Positions 36,457 to 44,782 of a stretch of DNA of 64,000 nt are shown here, one piece after another. The notes below the pieces were generated by a model, which saw nothing but the letters and a program-made list of their open reading frames with translations, did not search any database and had not been told where the DNA came from. Where the stretch lies: assembly GCA_937876095.1 (NCBI GenBank), contig CALFIE010000006.1:10624-74623 (forward strand), read 5' to 3'. Position 1 is the first letter of the stretch. Every line of letters begins with the position of its first letter. Origin of the DNA: an uncultured Flavobacteriales bacterium. GTDB taxonomy: Bacteria; Bacteroidota; Bacteroidia; Flavobacteriales; Weeksellaceae. A program made the position numbers and the translations under genes.

Positions 36457-38886
36457 CTAAATTTTTGGAAATTTTGCAGGATTTACTTCATGAAACAGGC
36501 CATAAATTTGCTCTACCATATCATCTACACTTGGTTTGCTGAAATAATCGCCATCACTTGCATATGCTGGTCTGTGATTTTTAGCTGAAATAGTCAAAGG
36601 TTTGGAATCTAAAAAAGGATAGGCATTTTGTTTTTCCAAAATTTGCTGCAACATAAATGCAGTGGTTCCTCCTTCTACATCTTCATCTATCACCACCAAT
36701 CTGCTGGTTTTTTTAATACTAGCTGAAATATCTTGACTCAAATCAAACGGAATCAGTGATTGTACATCTATTACTTCGGCTGAAATACCTAATTTTTCTA
36801 ATTCTTCGGCTGCTTCTGTCACCAGTCTCCAAGTTGAACCGTAAGTTACCAGTGTAACATCTTTACCTTCTTTAGTAACTTCAACTTTACCAACAGGAAC
36901 GGTGAATTCACCTAAATTATCTGGTTGTTTTTCTTTTAATCTATAACCATTGAGTGTTTCTACTATGATTGCAGGTTCGTCGCTTTGCAACATCGTATTG
37001 TAAAAACCTGCGGCTTTGGTCAAATTTCTAGGAACGAGTACTAGAATTCCTTTAGAAAGGTTCAAAATTCCTGCCATAGGTGAACCAGAATGCCAAATTC
37101 CTTCTAATCTGTGACCACGAGTCCGGATAATTACAGGTGCTTTTTGTCCGCCTTTTGTACGGTAATGCAGCGTTGCCAAATCATCACTCATACCTTGTAA
37201 ACAATAGAGCACATAATCTAGGTACTGGATTTCTGCAATTGGTCTCAATCCGCGCATTGCCAATCCAATTCCTTGTCCGAGTATGGTTGCTTCTCTGATT
37301 CCGGTATCTGCAACTCGCAAACTGCCATATTTTTCTTGCAAACCTTCTAATCCTTGATTAACATCACCTATATTTCCTGCATCTTCACCAAAAACCAAAG
37401 TTTGCGGATATTTTTCAAAAATTTTATCAAAATTATTTCTTACCACCACTCTTCCGTCAACATTTTCAGAATTTTCTGAATAGATAGGTGCAATTTCTGC
37501 AACATTGGTTGCTTTCAATTGTGATTGGGAGTATAAATGAGAAGAATAATGGTCTTGTTCTTGCACCAAAAGATTTTGGTAGGCATTTTGAAGCGCAGTA
37601 CGTTCAGATGATGGTTGATTTCTGGTAATCAACAGTGTTTTACGCATCAGATGGAAAACATCTCTTTTAGAAATAGAAATAATGGCTTCAAAATTTTGCA
37701 ATTCTTTGGCAACTTCTTCGTTTTGGTTTTTCAAGGCTATTACCAGTGGTAATGATTGATTTTTAATTTCAATAATGCTGTTTTGATACTGTTCCCAAGC
37801 TATTTTCTGGCCGTCTTTTGCTACTTTTTTGGCTTCTTTTTCAATATTTTCTAGTTCTTCTGCTGTTGCCAAAACTTCTTCTTTACCATCAATTTCTACT
37901 GTATAGTTGAGAATCCATTCTTTGAATTTCTGTAAACCATCAAATTCGGTTTCCCAAGCTAAACGTTCTTCAGATTTGTAGCGCTCGTGCGAACCAGAAG
38001 TAGAATGACCTTGTGGTTGTGTAACTTCTATTACGTGTACAACAACTGGAACACTTTCGGTTCTTGCAAAATGTTCTGCTCTTGCAAAAGCATCTAAAAG
38101 TGCAGGATAATCCCAAGATTTTACTTGTATAATTTCGCAACCCTGGTTTTCTGATTCGTTTCTTTGGAAACCAGCCAACATTTCTGCAATATCTGCTTTT
38201 GCACGCTGATTTTGGGTAGGAACCGAAATTCCGTAACCATCGTCCCAAATAGAAATAATCATAGGAACTTGCAGTGCACAAGCTGCATTCAGCGTTTCCC
38301 AGAAATGACCTTCTGCTGTAGAAGCATCACCTATGGTCCCAAAAGCAACTTCGTTTCCACTATTGCTAAAATTTTCGGAACCCGGAAATTGTATATTCTT
38401 ATAAATTTTGGAAGCTTGCGCCAAACCAAGTAATCTCGGCATTTGTCCGGCTGTTGGTGAAATATCTGAAGCAATATTTTTCTGTGCCAACAGATTTTTC
38501 CAAGTTCCATCTTGGTTTAAATTTCTGGTTGCGTAGTGACCATTCATTTGTCTACCGGCAGAAGCAGGTTCTCTCTCTACACTTGTATCTGCGTACAATT
38601 GTGCGAAGAAACTTTCTACCGAAACTGCACCTATTGCCAATGCAAAAGTCTGATCACGGTAATATCCTGATCTGAAGTCACCATTTTTGAAAACTTTGGA
38701 CATTGCCAATTGCGGAAGTTCTTTTCCGTCGCCAAAAATTCCGAATTTTGCTTTTCCGGTAAGTACTTCTCTCCTACCAAGATAGGACATTTCTCTAGAA
38801 ATTCTTGCCAATTTGTAATCGCTGAGAATCTGATTTCTAAAATCCTGAAAAGTAATCTGTTGCGTTTCTATATAAGTACTTTGCAT
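36457..38886 (-). CDS. alpha-ketoacid dehydrogenase E1 component, fused alpha/beta subunits (TPP-dependent)
   Basis: 809 aa; N-terminal E1-alpha TPP-binding region plus C-terminal transketolase-like beta region (ADTGIREATILGQGIGLAMRGLRPIAEIQYLDY). Confidence 0.75.
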   Translation of the reverse strand: MQSTYIETQQITFQDFRNQILSDYKLARISREMSYLGRREVLTGKAKFGIFGDGKELPQLAMSKVFKNGDFRSGYYRDQTFALAIGAVSVESFFAQLYADTSVEREPASAGRQMNGHYATRNLNQDGTWKNLLAQKNIASDISPTAGQMPRLLGLAQASKIYKNIQFPGSENFSNSGNEVAFGTIGDASTAEGHFWETLNAACALQVPMIISIWDDGYGISVPTQNQRAKADIAEMLAGFQRNESENQGCEIIQVKSWDYPALLDAFARAEHFARTESVPVVVHVIEVTQPQGHSTSGSHERYKSEERLAWETEFDGLQKFKEWILNYTVEIDGKEEVLATAEELENIEKEAKKVAKDGQKIAWEQYQNSIIEIKNQSLPLVIALKNQNEEVAKELQNFEAIISISKRDVFHLMRKTLLITRNQPSSERTALQNAYQNLLVQEQDHYSSHLYSQSQLKATNVAEIAPIYSENSENVDGRVVVRNNFDKIFEKYPQTLVFGEDAGNIGDVNQGLEGLQEKYGSLRVADTGIREATILGQGIGLAMRGLRPIAEIQYLDYVLYCLQGMSDDLATLHYRTKGGQKAPVIIRTRGHRLEGIWHSGSPMAGILNLSKGILVLVPRNLTKAAGFYNTMLQSDEPAIIVETLNGYRLKEKQPDNLGEFTVPVGKVEVTKEGKDVTLVTYGSTWRLVTEAAEELEKLGISAEVIDVQSLIPFDLSQDISASIKKTSRLVVIDEDVEGGTTAFMLQQILEKQNAYPFLDSKPLTISAKNHRPAYASDGDYFSKPSVDDMVEQIYGLFHEVNPAKFPKI

Positions 38887-39079
38887 ACGGTAGCTTTTGG
38901 TTATTGTACAAAGATAATTATTTTATAGGATTGCTTACAACTAATTTTTGCTCATTATAAAAACATAAATGAGTTACTAAAGCAATTCTACAAAAAAAAT
39001 GTGAAGATTTTATACAAAAATAATGAAAAAAGCAAAATTTATAACCTAAAAACAACACAAAAGAATAGAAAAATAAAAA

Positions 39080-39676
39080 TCATTTAGTTGGTACTTCCAG
39101 TACTAAAGAAATTTTCTGAATATCATTGTTGTTATAAATATTACCATAATTTTTTGAGAAAATTTTTGAAATTTTAAACTTTTTATCTTTTGGTAAAACT
39201 TTTCGAAATTCTTCTGCAAAACGATGTGTAATTTCAGGGTGTAAATCCATAAACATAAAATCTAAAAAATCTTCTTCTGAAGGTTCCAAATAAAATATTA
39301 ATTTATGTGGTGTTGCAAACCAATCTCCTTTTATGGTATAGGTTAATAAATATTCTTTTTCGTTCTGCTTTTCTATCGTAATTTTCTTTAGTTCAAATTC
39401 TGGTTTATATTTTACAGATTCTGAGTTTTCATATATAAACTTCAATTTATCGCCATCTTTATTAACTTTAAATTTATGACGTAATTGGTTTTTAATATCA
39501 TAAATTGGAGCATAATTGTCCCTCAATTGAAGAGTAATTTGAGGATCTTTCGATTGATAAAAAAAAATATATTGATTATTATCATATTGATAATTCACAA
39601 AATAATCAAACTCATATTTTTGAGCAAAAAATAAGGTAACTGTGTAGAAAAATAAGAAACTGAGCAGTTTTTTCAT
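39080..39676 (-). CDS. hypothetical secreted protein
   Basis: 198 aa; signal peptide ending LFFAQ; 22 nt downstream of the S9 peptidase gene (likely co-transcribed). Confidence 0.45.
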   Translation of the reverse strand: MKKLLSFLFFYTVTLFFAQKYEFDYFVNYQYDNNQYIFFYQSKDPQITLQLRDNYAPIYDIKNQLRHKFKVNKDGDKLKFIYENSESVKYKPEFELKKITIEKQNEKEYLLTYTIKGDWFATPHKLIFYLEPSEEDFLDFMFMDLHPEITHRFAEEFRKVLPKDKKFKISKIFSKNYGNIYNNNDIQKISLVLEVPTK

Positions 39677-39698
39677 CGTTTTCTATCTTAAAAAATTC

Positions 39699-41696
39699 TT
39701 ACAAAGTTTCTTTCAGCCAGCCAAAAAATTCACGTTGCCACACCAAACCATTATGTGCGTGCAAAACCCAGTGATTTTCGTTCGGGAAATACAAAAATTT
39801 AGATTTCAAACCTTTCAATTGTGCTGCCTGAAATGCTTCTTGACCTTGCTCATAAGGAACTCGGTAATCTATTCCACCCTGAATAATCATAATTGGTTTG
39901 TTCCATTTTTCGGTAAAATTACTTGGGTTGAAATCGCTGTATGCTTTCGGAGTTGGTACATCTGTCGGTTTTCCTAAATCCCAATTGGCAAACCACAATT
40001 CTTCGGTAGTTCCGTACCAAGATTTCATATCAAACAGACCATCGTGTGCTATGAAAGTTTTGAATCTATTGTTATGAACTCCTGCTAACATAAAAACACT
40101 GTAACCACCGTAACTTGCTCCTACTGCAGCAATTCTGCCGGAATCTACAAATTTCAAATTTTTTGCAAAATCTGCAGCCGACAAATAATCTCTGATTGAT
40201 TGTCCTCCCCAATCTTTAGAAATATCTTCGTTCCATTTGGTTCCCCAACCTGGCATTCCGCGGCGATTTGGCGCAATTACAATGTAACCATTTGCTGCCA
40301 TCAATCCCAAATTCCATCTTGTACTGAAAAATTGGGTAAGTGCAGATTGCGGACCACCTTGACAATATAGCAATGCAGGATATTTCTTGTTAGGATCGAA
40401 ATTAGGTGGATACACAAACCAAACTCCCATCTCTTTTCCATCAGTAGTTTTTACCATTTTCAGTTCAGAATTTGCGGGTGATATGTTGGCATAATTAGCT
40501 TTGTTGACTTCGGTTACCTGTTTCATATCGCCATTTTTGGTATTTACCGAAAATAGATCTGCATTATGATTGAAATCGGTTCTGGTTACCAAAATTTCAT
40601 TATTATTTTCAATAATAATATCATTTACATCAAAATTACCTTTGGTAATTTGTTGTACAGAGCCGCTTTTTGGATTTACCGAGAACAACTGTTTGGTCGC
40701 TCTAATTGCGGTGGTGAACAAAATATTTTTGGAATCTCTGGTCCAAAAAACATCACCAACTACACTTTCGTCCCAATTTTTGGTCAGGTTCGTTTTTTTA
40801 CCAGTTTGCCAATCCATACAAACGAGGTCGTTTTTGTCGGCTTCGTAACCATCTCTTGCCATAGATTGCCAAAGTAGCGATTTTCCGTCGGGTGAAAATT
40901 TCGGATTTACATCGTAACCTTTCATTCCATCAGTCAAATTTTTGGTGGTTTTGGTAGCCAAATCATAAGCAAAAATATCGGTATTGGTAGATTGTGCGTA
41001 TTCTTTTCCACTAAGTGGTTTGGTTACGTACAATAATTGTGTAGAATCTGGACTCCACACAAAATCTTCAGCACCACCAGAAGGTTTCTGCGGACAATCG
41101 AATTTTTTACCAGCAAGCAAATCGGTTGCTTCTGACACATTTTTAGAAACTGGTACCACAAAAACGTGGTTGTATTTCCCATCATTGAAGGTGTCCCAAT
41201 GTCTGTGATTCAGGTCTTCAAAAATATAAGCGGTAGTTTTTGGGATGTCTGCATATTTTTCTTTTCCTAAAATTTTCTCTACCAAAACTGCTTTGCTGAA
41301 CGCAATATTTTTCCCGTTTGGTGAAATAATTACATTGTCTACTTCGCCAATTTTATAAAAATTAGTCCAGGTTTTCCCTGCATCTTTAGATAAGAAAATA
41401 TCGTCGCCTTCTTGTGCGTACAAACCATTTTGATCCCACTGAATAATCGATTTTCTACCCAAATCTATTGCAGAAGAAGTATTGGTTTTGGCATCTAAAA
41501 CAAAAAAAATCGCATTGGTTTTCTCGGTTTTCAGGTCGGTTTTACCAATTTTGTAAATCAGTGAAGATTGATCAGGTGCAACTGTTGCAACCGACAATTT
41601 GTTGAGTGACCACATCAATTCTGGAGTCATTACATTTTTCTGTGCATTCATAATCAGTGGTGTTGCAAGTGCAATAAGCAGGGATTTTATTTTCAT
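39699..41696 (-). CDS. S9-family serine peptidase (prolyl oligopeptidase / dipeptidyl-peptidase type) with N-terminal beta-propeller
   Basis: 665 aa; signal peptide; nucleophile elbow GASYGGY; C-terminal alpha/beta-hydrolase with Asp/His region. Confidence 0.8.
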   Translation of the reverse strand: MKIKSLLIALATPLIMNAQKNVMTPELMWSLNKLSVATVAPDQSSLIYKIGKTDLKTEKTNAIFFVLDAKTNTSSAIDLGRKSIIQWDQNGLYAQEGDDIFLSKDAGKTWTNFYKIGEVDNVIISPNGKNIAFSKAVLVEKILGKEKYADIPKTTAYIFEDLNHRHWDTFNDGKYNHVFVVPVSKNVSEATDLLAGKKFDCPQKPSGGAEDFVWSPDSTQLLYVTKPLSGKEYAQSTNTDIFAYDLATKTTKNLTDGMKGYDVNPKFSPDGKSLLWQSMARDGYEADKNDLVCMDWQTGKKTNLTKNWDESVVGDVFWTRDSKNILFTTAIRATKQLFSVNPKSGSVQQITKGNFDVNDIIIENNNEILVTRTDFNHNADLFSVNTKNGDMKQVTEVNKANYANISPANSELKMVKTTDGKEMGVWFVYPPNFDPNKKYPALLYCQGGPQSALTQFFSTRWNLGLMAANGYIVIAPNRRGMPGWGTKWNEDISKDWGGQSIRDYLSAADFAKNLKFVDSGRIAAVGASYGGYSVFMLAGVHNNRFKTFIAHDGLFDMKSWYGTTEELWFANWDLGKPTDVPTPKAYSDFNPSNFTEKWNKPIMIIQGGIDYRVPYEQGQEAFQAAQLKGLKSKFLYFPNENHWVLHAHNGLVWQREFFGWLKETL

Positions 41697-41901
41697 AGTT
41701 TTTATTAAAAATGGTCGATTAAATTGGTACGATAGTAATTACAATCTTTTTCCTTTCAATGATTTTGAAAAGAAACAAAGTAGTATTTTTTTCAAAATTA
41801 ATGATTTTTGAATTGCTAAAGTTGGTTTCAGATAATTTCAATCAAAAAAAATTGGGAGCCACTCCGAAAGTGTTCCCAATCTTAAAATATTTTAATAAAA
41901 A

Positions 41902-42249
41902 TCAATCTTCGTCTGATATAAAAATTCCGTTCAGAAGCGAGGTAATTACCGAAAGTGCTATACTGAAAATAAAGGCCCACCAAAATCCATCAATCGACAT
42001 TCCGTCTACAAAATAATCGGCCAATAAAATCACCGCTGCATTGATTACCAAAGAGAATAAACCAAGTGTGAGAATGGTAAAAGGTAGCCCAATTAATTTC
42101 AAAAAGGGTTTGATGAAAATATTAAGCAATCCTAAAACGATAGCAAAAACAATGGCAGTTTGGAAATCATTGAAGTGAACTCCATCTAAAACTCTGGGCA
42201 ATAAATAAGCAACTGCTGCTGTAATTAATAATCTGATAATGAATTTCAT
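41902..42249 (-). CDS. DUF360 / phage-holin-4 family small membrane protein
   Basis: 115 aa, 4 TM helices; pattern (LLITAAVAYLLP...FDVVESA-like) as in YvlD/Holin_4 proteins. Confidence 0.5.
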   Translation of the reverse strand: MKFIIRLLITAAVAYLLPRVLDGVHFNDFQTAIVFAIVLGLLNIFIKPFLKLIGLPFTILTLGLFSLVINAAVILLADYFVDGMSIDGFWWAFIFSIALSVITSLLNGIFISDED

Positions 42250-42342
42250 AGGTTGATGTTTTAATTTTTATTAATAATTGTTTGGTCAGTTTTTGACAAT
42301 CTCAGACTGAAAAAGTGTGCAACTTTAGCACAAAATTAACAA

Positions 42343-42735
42343 CTATTTTTTGGATTTTGCTGGTTTCTTTTGGATTTCTTTGATGTTGTGAAAAATCCAA
42401 TCTTCTATTTCTATAATGAAATGATTGCGCACCAAAACCATTTTTGCTACGTAAATCATGCCTCCAAAAACAGCACTTAAAAACAAGGAAATCCAACCTA
42501 AACTAGTGGCAATTTTGAAACGCTGATCTGTTGTAAGTTCAAAATTCAGTTGTCTTGCAACCCAATCTAAAAATATTTTAAAATGCAGAGTGCTTTCTAG
42601 CAACAAACCCAATGCTAAAACAAAAAAAGAAACCATCAAAATCCAAGAAAGTACATACACCGCCGAAACAAAATACGTATTCCCCGAAACCGAAGGTTGT
42701 TTGTCTAAAATTTTCTGAAGGTTGGTGAAATTCAT
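42343..42735 (-). CDS. hypothetical membrane protein
   Basis: 130 aa with 3 predicted TM helices. Confidence 0.4.
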   Translation of the reverse strand: MNFTNLQKILDKQPSVSGNTYFVSAVYVLSWILMVSFFVLALGLLLESTLHFKIFLDWVARQLNFELTTDQRFKIATSLGWISLFLSAVFGGMIYVAKMVLVRNHFIIEIEDWIFHNIKEIQKKPAKSKK

Positions 42736-42807
42736 GAGTGTTTAGATTTTTGTTTGAGCTATTTCTAGTCTAGAAACCAAATTTCTTGTGAAAATAGTAA
42801 TTTTAAA

Positions 42808-44253
42808 TTACTTTCCGATACAAAACTTCGAGAAAATATTCCCTAGAACCTCATCATTGGTAAACTCGCCAGAAATTTCGCCAAGATGTTCCAAAGCGTT
42901 GCGAAGTTCGTAGGCAAGAAGTTCGGTAGAAATTTTAGAATTGATGGATTCTTCTACTCTATTTACAGCATCTAAGGATTTTTGCAAGGCTTCGTAATGC
43001 CGTTGATTGGTAATGATGACGTTACTTTCGGATTTCAGATGCTCTACGTAAGAGGAAAGTTCGTTTTTCAGTTCTTGAAGATTCAGGTTTTCTACCGCCG
43101 AAATTTTGATGAAATCAAAATCGGATGTAATTTTTCTACGAAAAAAATTTTCTATCACCTCATATTTTGATGGAGAAACCTCATCTATTTTGGTGGCACA
43201 AATTATCACCTTCAAATCTTCTCTAATCAATGATTTCAAAATTTCTACATCATCTGAATAATCTGTAGAATTGGCATCTGCTAAATAGACCAAAATATCT
43301 GCTTTTTCTACTTTTTCTTTGGCTTTTGCTACCCCAATTTTCTCGATTTCGTCGGTAGTTTCACGCAAACCAGCCGTATCTATCAATCGGAAAGCATTTC
43401 CTTTGATGTGCAATATTTCTTCAATTGTGTCACGAGTAGTTCCTGCAATATCTGAAACGATGGCTCTTTCTTCTTTCAAAAGTGCGTTGAGCAAAGTAGA
43501 TTTCCCTGCATTTGGTTTTCCAATGATTGCTACCGAAACTCCATTTTTCACAGCGTTTCCGTATTGGAAAGAATCTACTAAATTTTGAATTTTTGATTTT
43601 AAATTTTGAATCAAATTCATCATCGCAGTTCGGTCTGCAAATTCTACATCTTCCTCAGAAAAATCGAGTTCGAGTTCGATTAAAGAAGTAAAATTGAGCA
43701 AATCTGTCCTCAGAATTGAAATTTCATTGGTAATTCCACCTTTCAATTGATTTATCGCTACTTTTCTAGAGGCTTCGTTTTCAGAAGAAATTAAATCTGC
43801 AATAGATTCAGCCTGACTCAAGTCTATTCTACCGTTCATAAAAGCGCGCATCGTAAATTCGCCTGCTTTTGCCATTCTTGCACCATTTTTCACCAAAATT
43901 TCTAAAATTTTCTCGGCAATATGCGGAGAACCGTGAAACGAAATTTCCACCAAATTTTCGGTGGTAAATGTTTTGGGAGCCAGAAAAACAGAAAGCATCA
44001 CTTCATCTATCACTTCGGTTTCTGGTTTTTGGTTTCTGGTTTCTAGTTGTTGGTTGTCAGTCTGAGCAGAGTCGAAGACTAAATTATCTACAATAAAACC
44101 ATAATGAACAGTATGAGACTGCTGTTTTAAAAGATTTTTCCCTTTAAAAATTTTGTCTGCAATTTCAATGGCTTTTTCACCAGAAATTCTAATAATTCCG
44201 AGAGCGCCAATTCCGTTTGCTGTAGCAAGAGCACAGATTGTATCATTATTCAT
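42808..44253 (-). CDS. mnmE: tRNA uridine-5-carboxymethylaminomethyl modification GTPase MnmE
   Basis: 481 aa; G-domain motifs GKPNAGKST, DTAGLRET, and C-terminal CIGK; contains a ~20-aa insertion in the N-terminal domain relative to canonical MnmE. Confidence 0.9.
   Translation of the reverse strand: MNNDTICALATANGIGALGIIRISGEKAIEIADKIFKGKNLLKQQSHTVHYGFIVDNLVFDSAQTDNQQLETRNQKPETEVIDEVMLSVFLAPKTFTTENLVEISFHGSPHIAEKILEILVKNGARMAKAGEFTMRAFMNGRIDLSQAESIADLISSENEASRKVAINQLKGGITNEISILRTDLLNFTSLIELELDFSEEDVEFADRTAMMNLIQNLKSKIQNLVDSFQYGNAVKNGVSVAIIGKPNAGKSTLLNALLKEERAIVSDIAGTTRDTIEEILHIKGNAFRLIDTAGLRETTDEIEKIGVAKAKEKVEKADILVYLADANSTDYSDDVEILKSLIREDLKVIICATKIDEVSPSKYEVIENFFRRKITSDFDFIKISAVENLNLQELKNELSSYVEHLKSESNVIITNQRHYEALQKSLDAVNRVEESINSKISTELLAYELRNALEHLGEISGEFTNDEVLGNIFSKFCIGK
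44017..44046. repeat. tandem heptamer (TGGTTTC on the plus strand, GAAACCA in sense) array inside the mnmE coding sequence
   Basis: GGTTTCTGGTTTTTGGTTTCTGGTTTCTAG encoding part of the inserted segment ...ETRNQKPET... Confidence 0.5.
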
Positions 44254-44261
44254 ACTGCAAA

Positions 44262-44345
44262 AATACGATTTGAATTACGAAATACGAAATGCGAAGTACG
44301 AAGTACGATTTGAAATGCGAATTACGAAATACGAAGTGCTAAATA
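44262..44345. repeat. tandem ARTACGA heptamer array (about 9 units) between the four-helix-bundle gene and the mnmE start
   Basis: AATACGAtttgaATTACGAAATACGAAATGCGAAGTACGAAGTACGAtttgaAATGCGAATTACGAAATACGAAG. Confidence 0.6.
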
Positions 44346-44374
44346 TGAATTAACAGTATTAATTTTTTCAATTC

Positions 44375-44731
44375 TTATTTTTTATTTCTTGCTTTTATAA
44401 TCATAGATACAATTATAGATAGAATTTCATTTCCTTCGTTCCATAATTTTTGTATTTTTTCTTTTTCTATTTCTGATTTTGTTTGAAGTATTTCTAAAAA
44501 AAATAGACACTCATCACATTCTTCTTCAACAATTTTTAATTTATTGATAAAATCATTATTAGATTTTGCACGAGAAACAACACGAAAATTAGCTCCAACT
44601 GAAAGTCCAGCTCTTCCTAATTGATTATGAATGATATTGAAAGTTCGATTACTTGGAAGTAACTCTATTAAATTCAAAATTTCTAAACTAAAATTTTTAG
44701 TTCTCAATTTTAAGTCAAAAGGTTTTTCCAT
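44375..44731 (-). CDS. four-helix-bundle protein (23S rRNA intervening-sequence protein family)
   Basis: 118 aa; family-like core (NQLGRAGLSVGANFRVVSRAKSNNDFINKLKIVEEECDECLFFLEIL). Confidence 0.6.
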   Translation of the reverse strand: MEKPFDLKLRTKNFSLEILNLIELLPSNRTFNIIHNQLGRAGLSVGANFRVVSRAKSNNDFINKLKIVEEECDECLFFLEILQTKSEIEKEKIQKLWNEGNEILSIIVSMIIKARNKK

Positions 44732-44744
44732 AATTAATAACTTT

Positions 44745-44782
44745 TCTCAATTCGTATCTCTCATTTCGTAGTTCGTAATTAC
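44745..44782. repeat. inverted-orientation copy of the TACGA heptamer array (TCGTAnn units), overlapping the pepP stop codon
   Basis: aaTTCGTATctctcatTTCGTAGTTCGTAATTAC. Confidence 0.5.

Noticed and set aside
38921-38985. Long imperfect inverted repeat (GGATTGCTTACAACTAATTTTTGCTCATT ... AAATGAGTTACTAAAGCAATTC) upstream of the E1 gene as a regulatory element
   Set aside because: The match is imperfect and I could not separate it from chance AT-rich symmetry; left as a note only.
44262-44345. Possibility that the short tandem repeat arrays are CRISPR arrays
   Set aside because: The units are only 6-8 bp, directly abutting, with no spacers of 25-40 bp and no cas genes in the window.
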